Origin: Erysipelotrichaceae bacterium
GTDB taxonomy: Bacteria; Bacillota_I; Bacilli_A; Erysipelotrichales; Erysipelotrichaceae
Length of the DNA: 37,298 nt
Assembly (NCBI GenBank): GCA_028686295.1
Contig: JAQUCI010000001.1
Location: 1 to 37,298, forward strand
Reading direction: 5' to 3'
Of the stretch, positions 27,973-36,226 are shown one piece after another. Below the pieces are notes generated by a model, which had not been told where the DNA came from, made no database searches, and worked only from the letters and a program-made list of their open reading frames with translations. Position numbers and translations under genes: made by a program. The stretch's first letter is position 1; every line of letters starts with the position of its first letter.

Positions 27973-28667
27973 CTTTTTTGTGCTATCAAATACCATTTTT
28001 CTCCCTCATGTTCTTCTGGTTGATCAAAATCAGTAAATACTCTAACAACAAAACCGGTATTATCTAATATCTTTACAATATCATCTTTAGCAAAGATGTT
28101 CTGTATATGATATTCATTCAACGTTTTATCATCAAAGTAAAATGTTAGTGTATGTAATAGTTTGTTTTCATCACTTATTATCGTCCATTGATACGCAAGA
28201 TCATCAATAATCCCCTCTTCAATATATTCCTCTTGGAATTTATCTAGTCGTAATATGTGATGCATATCAAATATAAATACCCCATTACTATTAAGGTGGT
28301 CATATACTCGTTTTACAACAGATTTTACCTCGTTAAGATCATTTAAATAATTAATGCTATCATTCATGCATACTATCGTTGAATAAGTCTTATCCAGTCT
28401 GAATTCCCGCATGTCTGCCTCAAAAATCTCAATATCGGTTGGCAATTTTTCTTTTGCTTTTAGGATCATATCCTTTGAAAGATCAAAAGCTGTTACCTTA
28501 AAACCTCGTTCAAAAAGTGATCTTGTAATCGCACCTGTACCACAAGCCATTTCTAGAATATCCAAATCATGACTATACTTTTTGATAAACAAAACAAGTT
28601 CGTCAACATAGTCTTGATCTATCACCAATTTATCATAAAAATCAGCTAATATTTCATAAGATTTCAT
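27969..28667 (-). CDS. class I SAM-dependent methyltransferase (YqeM-like position)
   Basis: Motif I ILEMACGTG and acidic loop FDLS; located after rsfS as yqeM is in the B. subtilis yqe operon. Confidence 0.75.
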   Translation of the reverse strand: MKSYEILADFYDKLVIDQDYVDELVLFIKKYSHDLDILEMACGTGAITRSLFERGFKVTAFDLSKDMILKAKEKLPTDIEIFEADMREFRLDKTYSTIVCMNDSINYLNDLNEVKSVVKRVYDHLNSNGVFIFDMHHILRLDKFQEEYIEEGIIDDLAYQWTIISDENKLLHTLTFYFDDKTLNEYHIQNIFAKDDIVKILDNTGFVVRVFTDFDQPEEHEGEKWYLIAQKR

Positions 28668-28998
28668 TAAGTTCTACCTCAGGCATATCTCCCCAAAGTT
28701 TTTCAAGATTATAGAAGTAGCGCTGTGATTGTAAAAAGACATGGATAATAACATCATATGCGTCTATAAGTATCCATCCGCTATCTTCTTCACCCTCAAT
28801 AGCTCTGATCGAATAGTCTGCTTCTTCACATTTTTGTATAACATTGTCAACAATAGCGTTGATCATTTTTATATTATTTGCATGACAGATTACAAAATAA
28901 TCTGTTAGTGGATTAATATTTCTTAGATCAATTATCCTAATATCTTCTCCCTTTTTATCATCAATCGCTTTTACGATTATATTTACTTGCTTACTCAT
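28654..28998 (-). CDS. rsfS: ribosome silencing factor RsfS
   Basis: 114 aa; DIRIIDLRNINPLTDYFVICHANN and WILIDAYDVIIHVF motifs of the RsfS/IojAP family. Confidence 0.85.
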   Translation of the reverse strand: MSKQVNIIVKAIDDKKGEDIRIIDLRNINPLTDYFVICHANNIKMINAIVDNVIQKCEEADYSIRAIEGEEDSGWILIDAYDVIIHVFLQSQRYFYNLEKLWGDMPEVELNEIL

Positions 28999-29792
28999 TA
29001 ATTTCCTCCATTAATATACTTGTATTGTTCAGTTTTGATCATATTGAATGCTTTATCGATGTTTTTAAAACACTTCTTTTTAAGGGTCGCATTATCAAAA
29101 CCGCGATTATCTTCAATCTTATCGCTACAATAAACGATTTTACTTAGTAATCCATCATGAGTCCCATTAACATGATTACCGATTGCCTTTATTATGTCAT
29201 TATCAGTGATCATAAAATCTTGTTTAGCTTTGATCATTGCTGTATATTGATGCCATGTTTTGGCATTAGTATCTAATTTGTCTTTAAAATATATTCTCAT
29301 TAATCGCTCTTGTTCATCTTTCGTCAATTCTTTAGTTAGATCATGCAATAAACCGGCAAGATAAGCTTTATTGGCATCGATTCGATAATGGCTAGCTAAT
29401 TCCTTACATAAGGTTGCAGTAGACAAAACATGCTCATATCTTTTCTTAGTCAATACTTCACTTAATATTTCTTCAATATATAAACAGTTATCATGACAAT
29501 ATCTAACTACTGCTTTATTTAATTCATTAAATGTTCCATTAGTTATACCTAAACTCTCAAAATCCAACTTGACATATTCAAAATTCTTATCATATCTTTT
29601 GAATATCTTTAATCTTCGATAATGATTTATTGCTAATTTAACTAAATGATATTGATGTCTATAATGATCATTTGGTTCTATGACGAATTCAATATGATCA
29701 AAATTATGCTTTTTTAAAGCTAAAAGCGCTTGCTTAATATCAATATTGGTTATAGGATCAAAAGCCCCGTAAAACAAGCCTATTCGCTTCAT
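28998..29792 (-). CDS. yqeK: YqeK-type HD phosphohydrolase fused to a degenerate NadD-like N-terminal remnant
   Basis: C-terminal ~170 aa: YqeK pattern (RYEHVLSTATLCKELA, AGLLHDLTKE, GNHVNGT, CSDKIEDNR). N-terminal ~95 aa aligns with NadD (MKRIGLFYGAFDP...HLVKLAI...) but HxGH is replaced by TNID and the central part of NadD is absent. Confidence 0.7.
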   Translation of the reverse strand: MKRIGLFYGAFDPITNIDIKQALLALKKHNFDHIEFVIEPNDHYRHQYHLVKLAINHYRRLKIFKRYDKNFEYVKLDFESLGITNGTFNELNKAVVRYCHDNCLYIEEILSEVLTKKRYEHVLSTATLCKELASHYRIDANKAYLAGLLHDLTKELTKDEQERLMRIYFKDKLDTNAKTWHQYTAMIKAKQDFMITDNDIIKAIGNHVNGTHDGLLSKIVYCSDKIEDNRGFDNATLKKKCFKNIDKAFNMIKTEQYKYINGGN

Positions 29793-30079
29793 CGTGGCAA
29801 TTTAAGCTTATTATCAGAACTCTTCTTATATAAAATGATCGTTCTACCAATTATCTGAACGATCTCACTTTGTGTAGCAGAAGATATTTCGATCGCAACT
29901 TCATTAGCTGATATAGGACAACTCTTTAAAAGATTGAACTTGACAAGTTCATTAGCCTTTAAGCCATCACTTATACCTTGAATCAAATTATCACTAACTG
30001 CCTCTTTTCCCACTTGAAACACAGATCTTTCTTGATTACCCAAAGCACGTAAATAAGCTTTTTGTTTATTACTTAACAT
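29789..30079 (-). CDS. yhbY: YhbY/YqeI CRM-domain RNA-binding protein
   Basis: 96 aa; LSNKQKAYLRALGN...FQVGK..V......I...L...ELVK pattern of the YhbY family; operon position as B. subtilis yqeI. Confidence 0.8.
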   Translation of the reverse strand: MLSNKQKAYLRALGNQERSVFQVGKEAVSDNLIQGISDGLKANELVKFNLLKSCPISANEVAIEISSATQSEIVQIIGRTIILYKKSSDNKLKLPR

Positions 30080-31135
30080 TTAGATCATCGCCTTTCTTGT
30101 AATAATCTCTATTTTCTCTGAACCACTAATATTTATCTCTTTAAGTTTACCACTGATGCAAAACCAACCAAGACCATAGATAACTACATCAAATTTCTTT
30201 CCCAATATCGGTAATTTACGTACAGTCTTTTCATATTCAGCATTTAATGTCGGTTTTAATAGCTTACCATGTTGTTTTTGCCACAACTCATCAGCATTGC
30301 TCGTCTTGCTACGATGAATCAATAAGTTTTCACTAAAATAACAAACACAACTCACTTTATCACACTCAAGAAGATCAATTCTTATTATACCACCAAGCGA
30401 AATTGTCTGATCATCTTGTAACTGATAGATGATAGGTTTGATTCTTTTATTAGGTACTACCATCTTTAAATCTTTATCATTTATCAAGATCTGTAGATTA
30501 TTATTACGATTAAAGCCAGGCGTATCATAAAGATAGTAGTCATTTATTGGTATCTTCATGTAATCTAAAGTTGTGCCAGGGTAGCGACTGATAGTAATCT
30601 TCTCAATATTAAAGACATTCTTTAGTATTGTAGATTTTCCAGCATTAGTGTTGCCCACGATAACTACATCACGATCATTTCGATATTTTTTGATCGCTTT
30701 TAAGATTTCTTCCTTACCGTCCATTGCGTGCTTACCGACAACCACAATACCTTTCAGTTTGATATTATTCTCTTTAACTCTCGCCAAAAGATAATTGCCA
30801 AGTTTGATATTACTTAAACTTTTTGGTAATAAATCTCTTTTAGTTGCGATCATGATTATATCTTTATCTGGTAAGAATCGATTTATTGACTCCTGTAAAG
30901 CCGACTCAAGATCAAAAAGATCAACCACCCACAATATCAAAGCATTCATTTGGTTGGCTTTAGTTAGGATATTAGAACTATTCAAAGACGTTTTAGCTGA
31001 ATATAACAAATCTCCATAATTAATTAACCTATAACAACGTTGACAATAAAAGCTATCGATCTTCGGTGAATATCCTTCAGCATTTGGATCATCATTTTGA
31101 ATGGTCACTCCACACCCTTTACACTTGCTCATCAA
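30080..31135 (-). CDS. yqeH: ribosome biogenesis GTPase YqeH (circularly permuted)
   Basis: N-terminal zinc finger CKGCG...CQRC; permuted G motifs (ATKRDLL = G4 before GNTNAGKST = G1, DTPG = G3). Confidence 0.85.
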   Translation of the reverse strand: MMSKCKGCGVTIQNDDPNAEGYSPKIDSFYCQRCYRLINYGDLLYSAKTSLNSSNILTKANQMNALILWVVDLFDLESALQESINRFLPDKDIIMIATKRDLLPKSLSNIKLGNYLLARVKENNIKLKGIVVVGKHAMDGKEEILKAIKKYRNDRDVVIVGNTNAGKSTILKNVFNIEKITISRYPGTTLDYMKIPINDYYLYDTPGFNRNNNLQILINDKDLKMVVPNKRIKPIIYQLQDDQTISLGGIIRIDLLECDKVSCVCYFSENLLIHRSKTSNADELWQKQHGKLLKPTLNAEYEKTVRKLPILGKKFDVVIYGLGWFCISGKLKEINISGSEKIEIITRKAMI

Positions 31136-31649
31136 ATACGCCTCTTTTCAAATAACCTTTTCTTTCTAAAAGCTGATAAACATATCGTTCAATTAAACGA
31201 TTAATTTTTGTATAATTAATATCTCTTGTTACTAATGGTTTGGCTAAGATTGTTAGCAAACCAATCCGTTTCGAACCTAAGACATCAGTCAGTAACTGAT
31301 CTCCTAATGTTGCAACTTCACCTTTATAAATTTGGAAATCATTTAGTACTTTTCTATATGTTATCTTTAATGGTTTTTTAGCAGAAGGATAATAACTAAC
31401 ATTAAGCCCCTTAGCAAACTCTTTAACACGAAAAGCTTTATTATTTGATATTAACACAGGAATAATATCATTTTTTTTCAAATCCTCAATAAAAGCAAAA
31501 ACCCCATCATCAGGGTAATGTTGATCAAAAGGAACAAGTGTATTATCAATATCACATATTAACATCTTGATCCCCTTATTCCTTAAATAATCAATTTTTA
31601 AATCTTTATAATCCTTTATATACAAGTCTGGTAAGAATAATTTAAGCAT
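31119..31649 (-). CDS. yqeG: YqeG-family HAD phosphatase
   Basis: 176 aa; DIDNTL (DxDxT), SNN and GDQLLTDVLG motifs; first gene of the yqe operon. Confidence 0.8.
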   Translation of the reverse strand: MLKLFLPDLYIKDYKDLKIDYLRNKGIKMLICDIDNTLVPFDQHYPDDGVFAFIEDLKKNDIIPVLISNNKAFRVKEFAKGLNVSYYPSAKKPLKITYRKVLNDFQIYKGEVATLGDQLLTDVLGSKRIGLLTILAKPLVTRDINYTKINRLIERYVYQLLERKGYLKRGVFDEQV

Positions 31650-31665
31650 AAATCCCCCTAAGTTG

Positions 31666-31674
31666 ATTATAACA
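31666..31674 (-). promoter_or_regulatory. extended -10 element TGTTATAAT upstream of yqeG
   Basis: Minus-strand TGTTATAAT 17 nt upstream of the yqeG ATG, followed by the AGGGGGA RBS. Confidence 0.45.
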
Positions 31675-31715
31675 AAGTTTAAAGTTCGATTAAACTATTA
31701 CTATTTAGTATCACT

Positions 31716-32174
31716 TTATGATTTACGCTTCATAAGATAACAATATATATAGATACCACACAAAACACCCAAGCTATCGATCAACACATCAGTTAATTGA
31801 CCACTTCTGCCTATTACATAAATTTGATGAAATTCATCACTAGCAGCATACATGATGCCCAAAATTATAGACATTAACTTAGCATGATCAAATCTAATAT
31901 CAGATACAAAGAAGGCGTTAATAATTAATATTCCTAATACAAGATAAACAAAAAAATGTGCTTGTTTGCGAATGATAAAATTTAATGTGTTATAAAGCGA
32001 TCCAAAATCAGCTTTCGCTATATTGAATATATGAAATAATTGGTCGATAATCCCAGTGCTTAATTGATTAGAAGCTGTTGCTGGTTGATCAGAAAACCAA
32101 TATATGATTGCCATCCAAAATATGACACTTGACCATGATAGAATTGTTACCATCTTTAAATGTGTTTTATTCAT
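31716..32174 (-). CDS. VanZ family membrane protein
   Basis: 152 aa, 4 TM; RKQAHFFVYLVLG and SDEFHQIYVIGRSGQLTDVLIDSLG match the VanZ-like signature. Confidence 0.7.
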   Translation of the reverse strand: MNKTHLKMVTILSWSSVIFWMAIIYWFSDQPATASNQLSTGIIDQLFHIFNIAKADFGSLYNTLNFIIRKQAHFFVYLVLGILIINAFFVSDIRFDHAKLMSIILGIMYAASDEFHQIYVIGRSGQLTDVLIDSLGVLCGIYIYCYLMKRKS

Positions 32175-32202
32175 CTATTTACCCTTTTTAACTACTCACT
32201 GT

Positions 32203-32211
32203 ATTATAACA
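32203..32211 (-). promoter_or_regulatory. extended -10 element TGTTATAAT upstream of the vanZ-like gene
   Basis: Minus-strand TGTTATAAT 29 nt upstream of ATG 32174. Confidence 0.4.
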
Positions 32212-32261
32212 ATAGTTATTATCATCAGCAAACAACATTATAAATTTTTTTCAATATATTA

Positions 32262-32290
32262 TTGACAAATCATTAAGTGTTTTATATAAT
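32262..32290 (+). promoter_or_regulatory. consensus sigma-A promoter of the lipoprotein gene
   Basis: Perfect TTGACA (32262-32267), exactly 17-nt spacer, perfect TATAAT (32285-32290). Confidence 0.65.
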
Positions 32291-32296
32291 GCGATA

Positions 32297-32317
32297 GTGT
32301 TTAGTAAAAGTAAACAC
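32297..32317 (+). promoter_or_regulatory. inverted repeat at the predicted transcript start (operator or 5' hairpin)
   Basis: GTGTTTA-gtaaaag-TAAACAC, starting 7 nt after the -10 hexamer. Confidence 0.3.
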
Positions 32318-32349
32318 AAAGTTTTATATAAGAAACAGAAGGAGAAGAA

Positions 32350-33297
32350 ATGAAAAGATTTTTTGTTGTTTTAATTGTTGCCATTTTGGCATTAACAGGC
32401 TGTAGTAAAGCAGTTAATGCTCCACTTGAAAATACAAGTGAAAAGATTAAGAACCCTGCTTTAACCTTGGTTGATTATGATGAATACGGTGGTGCAGATT
32501 CTTATGGTAATACTGGCGATCACGCTGATAGTATTTATTATGTAAATCCTGATTTTTACAATATGGTAAGTACCGATACATTAACTATCATATCTAATTT
32601 CAAGACCGCTCAGCAGACAACGGAATGGTCTTGTGGAAATGTAGCAACTTTGTTGGTATTAACTCACTTTAATGTTGAGGCTGATGAAATGGATATTGCA
32701 ATAGCAATGGGGGCTTCAGTTGATGATGACGTTGAAGGAGCACTACCAGGTAGCGCAAATAACTATCATGAGTATGGCACAACTGTCATTGACATCACTA
32801 ATTATTTCACTGATAATCCTGATTTCAGGATTGTTGAAACATCATATGTTGAAAGTTATCTTGAATCTGATCTATTAAGCGCCGATGATGGTGTTAGCTC
32901 TAATGATCAAGGTAATTTGAGAAAAACGTTTTCTGCAATGTCATTATATACAAGTGATAATGATGATCTAAGTGAAAACTGGATCAGTGATGCAAAAGAC
33001 AGTTATTTTGTGAAATGGTTAACTGGTCATTTAAATGCTAATCGCCCAATCATGGTTGAATGGGGTGATTGGGATGGTCATTGGCAAGTTATCATCGGTT
33101 ATGATTCAATGGGTACACCTAGCCTTGGTGATGACATATTGATCTTCGCTGATCCTTATGACACATCAGATCATTGGCAAGACGGTTATTATTACTATCC
33201 TCTTGAAAGATGGTTCTATATGTGGGCAGATCGCAACGTAGCACCAAAACCTTACCAATTACAACCATACATTATCGTTGAACCAATCGTTCAATAA
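32350..33297 (+). CDS. lipoprotein with papain-fold (C39-like) cysteine peptidase domain
   Basis: Signal peptide with lipobox LTGC; GGAG RBS; ordered Gln/Cys/His/Asp candidates (AQQTTEWSCGN, GHWQVIIGYD, ADPYD) as in the Peptidase_C39_2/BtrH-like papain fold. Confidence 0.6.
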   Translation: MKRFFVVLIVAILALTGCSKAVNAPLENTSEKIKNPALTLVDYDEYGGADSYGNTGDHADSIYYVNPDFYNMVSTDTLTIISNFKTAQQTTEWSCGNVATLLVLTHFNVEADEMDIAIAMGASVDDDVEGALPGSANNYHEYGTTVIDITNYFTDNPDFRIVETSYVESYLESDLLSADDGVSSNDQGNLRKTFSAMSLYTSDNDDLSENWISDAKDSYFVKWLTGHLNANRPIMVEWGDWDGHWQVIIGYDSMGTPSLGDDILIFADPYDTSDHWQDGYYYYPLERWFYMWADRNVAPKPYQLQPYIIVEPIVQ

Positions 33298-33309
33298 ATC
33301 AAATAAACA

Positions 33310-33342
33310 AAAAGGTAGCTATCGATCAGTTAGCTACCTTTT
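33310..33342. terminator. bidirectional terminator between the convergent lipoprotein and deoR genes
   Basis: 12-bp stem AAAAGGTAGCTA / TAGCTACCTTTT with a 9-nt loop; A/T runs on both sides. Confidence 0.75.
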
Positions 33343-33358
33343 GTATCTAGCGATTTGA

Positions 33359-34138
33359 TTATTTCGCAATGTCTAAAGTAATACCAGCTTCTTTGAATTG
33401 CTTTTTAATTTTATCACTCACTTTATCATCCGTAACGATACGATCTACTAATCGCGTCTCACATATCTTCTTAAGACATTTCACACCCATTTTAGTAGAA
33501 TCACCTACGACTACGATAGTATCACTTTGTTTGATCATTTCTTGTTTGACAAAATGTTCAGTATTGTATTCAGTCGTGATCAATTCGGTATCAATACCAT
33601 CTGGTGACAAAAAGAATACGTCACTATGAAATTGCTTTAAAGCTTCAACCGTTAGATCATCATGAAAACTATCATTTTCTCGATTATACTTACCACCAGC
33701 TAAATGAACTTGAACCAAATTAGATTTTATCAAAAAATTCAGTGATGATAATGAGTTAGTCACAACTGTGCATTTACGTTTCTTCTGTACGATCTGTTCT
33801 GCTATCATACGACAAGTACTTCCTGAATCAAGCGTTATCAACATACCGTCTTTGATAACATTATCAACTACATATTTAGCTATCTTTTCCTTTTCGTCAG
33901 TTGATAAAGAGCTTCTTCTTGCGTAAACTGTGTCATACATTGTACCCAATATAGCAATCGCTCCACCTTTAACTCTTCTTAATTTGCCATTTTTTTCTAA
34001 ATAAGTTAAATCATTACGAATAGTAGCTTCTGAAACATTAAGGTCATTACAAAAATCTTCAATTGAATAGAAATTATTGATGATCAATAATTCTCTGATT
34101 GCATTATGCCTGATTTCAGCCTTTCCTGAGACATCCAT
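33359..34138 (-). CDS. DeoR/GlpR family transcriptional regulator
   Basis: N-terminal HTH (RHNAIRELLIINNFYSIEDFCNDLNVSEATIRNDLTYLEKNGKLRRVKGGA) and C-terminal sugar-phosphate sensor-type domain. Start trimmed to MDVSGK (ATG 34138, GGAGG 9 nt upstream). Confidence 0.8.
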   Translation of the reverse strand: MDVSGKAEIRHNAIRELLIINNFYSIEDFCNDLNVSEATIRNDLTYLEKNGKLRRVKGGAIAILGTMYDTVYARRSSLSTDEKEKIAKYVVDNVIKDGMLITLDSGSTCRMIAEQIVQKKRKCTVVTNSLSSLNFLIKSNLVQVHLAGGKYNRENDSFHDDLTVEALKQFHSDVFFLSPDGIDTELITTEYNTEHFVKQEMIKQSDTIVVVGDSTKMGVKCLKKICETRLVDRIVTDDKVSDKIKKQFKEAGITLDIAK

Positions 34139-34249
34139 ATTATATTTCCTCCATACACTTGTTAACAATATTATATAGTTTTTAATAATTTTAATCAATA
34201 TAAAAATAATTTCCACTAATAATACATCATTGATAGGCCCTCTACTATC

Positions 34250-34846
34250 TCAAAACCTAATCTTATTGTGGATGACTTTGCCTATGATCTTAACTCTTTC
34301 ATCATTTATCATATCTTCATCAATTATGATCTGTTGATAATCATCATTAGCAGGAGATAAGATTAATTTACCATTTCTATAATTAATATACTTTACTGTA
34401 GCCTCATTATCTATCATCACAACACCAATGTCATTATTATCAAGATAATCCTGCTTATGAACATATATCCTATCACCCGGCATTATTCGCGCATCTTTCA
34501 TTGAATCACCAATAACTTCAAGATAAAAATATTCATCACTTACCTTCTCATTATTTACATCCTCATAATCAAGGACATTTTGTTCGGCAAATAATGGTTT
34601 ACCACCACGAACAGTACCTAATACAGGTATTTTATCAATTTTCTTACTAAGATCTGTATGCATTAGATCATTGATCTTCACTAAATAGCGATCAGCTAAT
34701 TTTTCTAAGATATCATATGGTGGAGTTGAAGTACCATCTTCCCATTTTTGGATAGTAGTAAATGACTTATATCCTAAAGCATCAGCCAATTCTTGTTGTG
34801 AAAGTCCAATCTTTCTTCTAAGATATCTAATATTTTTTTTGAACAT
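34250..34846 (-). CDS. XRE-type HTH / S24 peptidase (LexA/UmuD/cI-like) self-cleaving repressor
   Basis: N-terminal HTH_3 (LRRKIGLSQQELADALGYKSFTTIQKWEDG), linker with VRGG at the usual Ala-Gly position, S24 catalytic GDSM and downstream Lys (ATVKYI). Confidence 0.8.
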   Translation of the reverse strand: MFKKNIRYLRRKIGLSQQELADALGYKSFTTIQKWEDGTSTPPYDILEKLADRYLVKINDLMHTDLSKKIDKIPVLGTVRGGKPLFAEQNVLDYEDVNNEKVSDEYFYLEVIGDSMKDARIMPGDRIYVHKQDYLDNNDIGVVMIDNEATVKYINYRNGKLILSPANDDYQQIIIDEDMINDERVKIIGKVIHNKIRF

Positions 34847-34910
34847 TTTATCACCAATCTCATAATATCATGGCTATATATCATATACAATCACTTACTT
34901 TATTTTTTTT

Positions 34911-34924
34911 CAAGTAATGACTTG
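34911..34924. promoter_or_regulatory. candidate operator (short inverted repeat) overlapping a TTGCAA -35 box
   Basis: CAAGT-aatg-ACTTG overlapping TTGCAA (34922-34927). TATCAT lies 17 nt downstream (34945-34950). The half-site TTCAAGTA recurs at 34939-34946. Arms are only 5 bp. Confidence 0.25.
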
Positions 34925-34967
34925 CAACATGAATTATATTCAAGTATCATAATATTGGGTGAAACAT

Positions 34968-36206
34968 ATGGATAGAAGAATATTACACTGTGATCTTAAT
35001 GGATTTTATGCCTCAGTTGAGTGTTTGCACAATCCAAAGATTAGAAATTTTCCTGTTGTCGTAGGTGGAGACGTTGACAAAAGGCATGGTATTATCTTAG
35101 CTAAGAATCAAATTGCCAAACGTTATGATATTAAAACTGGTGAAGCTTTATGGCAAGCAAAAGCTAAATGTCCTGATTTAATAATCATTCCACCTCATTT
35201 TGAACTATATTTGCGTTTTTCTGCTTTAGTTAGAAACATCTTTACTGACTATAGTGATCTTATCGAACCCTTTGGTATAGATGAAGCTTGGATTGATGTC
35301 ACTCACTCTGACTTTAAGGGTAATGGTAAAGAAATAGCCGATGAAATAAGAGAACGTATTAAAAAAGAAATTGGTATCACAGCCTCCGTTGGGGTTAGCT
35401 ATAATAAAATTTATGCCAAACTAGGTTCTGATATTAAAAAACCTGATGCGACGACCGTCATTACTAAAGAAAACAAAAAAGATATCGTATATCCTTTAAA
35501 GGCTTCTGATCTTCTTTATGTTGGTAAAGCTACATATAAGAAATTAAATCAACTAAACATCTTTACAATTGGTGATATCGCCAATGCCGACATTAAATTT
35601 TTGAAGAAACATTTAGGTAAACATGGCGAATATTTATGGATATTCGCCAATGGTTTAGAAAATACCCCTGTAAGCCCATATGGGGCTGATAGTGGGATAA
35701 AATCTATTGGAAACAGCACAACTACCCCAAGAGATCTAAATAACATGGATGATGTCAAGATCGTTGCCTATGTATTAGCAGAAAGTGTTGGTGCCAGATT
35801 ACGTGAACAAGGGTTAAAAGGCAGAGTAATATCCGTTAATATCCGAGATACTAACCTAAATAGTTTTACAAGACAAAAAAAACTTATGTACGATACTGAC
35901 TGCGATCAAGAAATCGCTGACAATGCCCTTGAATTATTCAAAACAAACACAAAAGGTGTTTTCCCAATACGTAGCATCGGAATAAGCATTAGTGATCTTA
36001 CTCAAGAGAACGCTACTCGGCAGCTATCAATATTTGTCGATCATGAAGAAATTGAAAAAGAAAGAATGATCGATAGGACTGTTGATATGATTAGAGATCG
36101 TTATGGATTTAATGCTATTAAAAGAGGAATAATGCTCACTGATACCTCTTTAAGTGGCTTTAATCCCAAAGGTGATCATAAAATTTTCCCAGTTAGCTAC
36201 TTTTAG
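34968..36206 (+). CDS. Y-family (DinB/UmuC-type) translesion DNA polymerase
   Basis: ILHCDLNGFYASVE (catalytic Asp), IDEAWIDV (DE), SVGVSYNKIYAKLGSD, LYVGKATYKKL (HhH-like). Start trimmed to ATG 34968 (GGGTGA RBS); the track start is GTG. Confidence 0.85.
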   Translation: MDRRILHCDLNGFYASVECLHNPKIRNFPVVVGGDVDKRHGIILAKNQIAKRYDIKTGEALWQAKAKCPDLIIIPPHFELYLRFSALVRNIFTDYSDLIEPFGIDEAWIDVTHSDFKGNGKEIADEIRERIKKEIGITASVGVSYNKIYAKLGSDIKKPDATTVITKENKKDIVYPLKASDLLYVGKATYKKLNQLNIFTIGDIANADIKFLKKHLGKHGEYLWIFANGLENTPVSPYGADSGIKSIGNSTTTPRDLNNMDDVKIVAYVLAESVGARLREQGLKGRVISVNIRDTNLNSFTRQKKLMYDTDCDQEIADNALELFKTNTKGVFPIRSIGISISDLTQENATRQLSIFVDHEEIEKERMIDRTVDMIRDRYGFNAIKRGIMLTDTSLSGFNPKGDHKIFPVSYF

Positions 36207-36226
36207 GAGTATAATAGAGGTATAAC

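Noticed and set aside
34139-34216. Longer N-terminal extensions offered by the track for several genes: DeoR 34216, thyA 5261, rnj 12550, gpsB 20530, recU 20625 (TTG), ypmB-like 26068, DedA-like 27302 (TTG), mtnN 27996, nth 25099, polymerase 34959 (GTG), SRAP 36450 (TTG)
   Set aside because: In each case an internal ATG with a proper SD and/or a start/stop overlap matches the conserved family N-terminus (for example MCGRY for SRAP, MKQYLDL for ThyA). The extensions run through promoter or RBS sequence.
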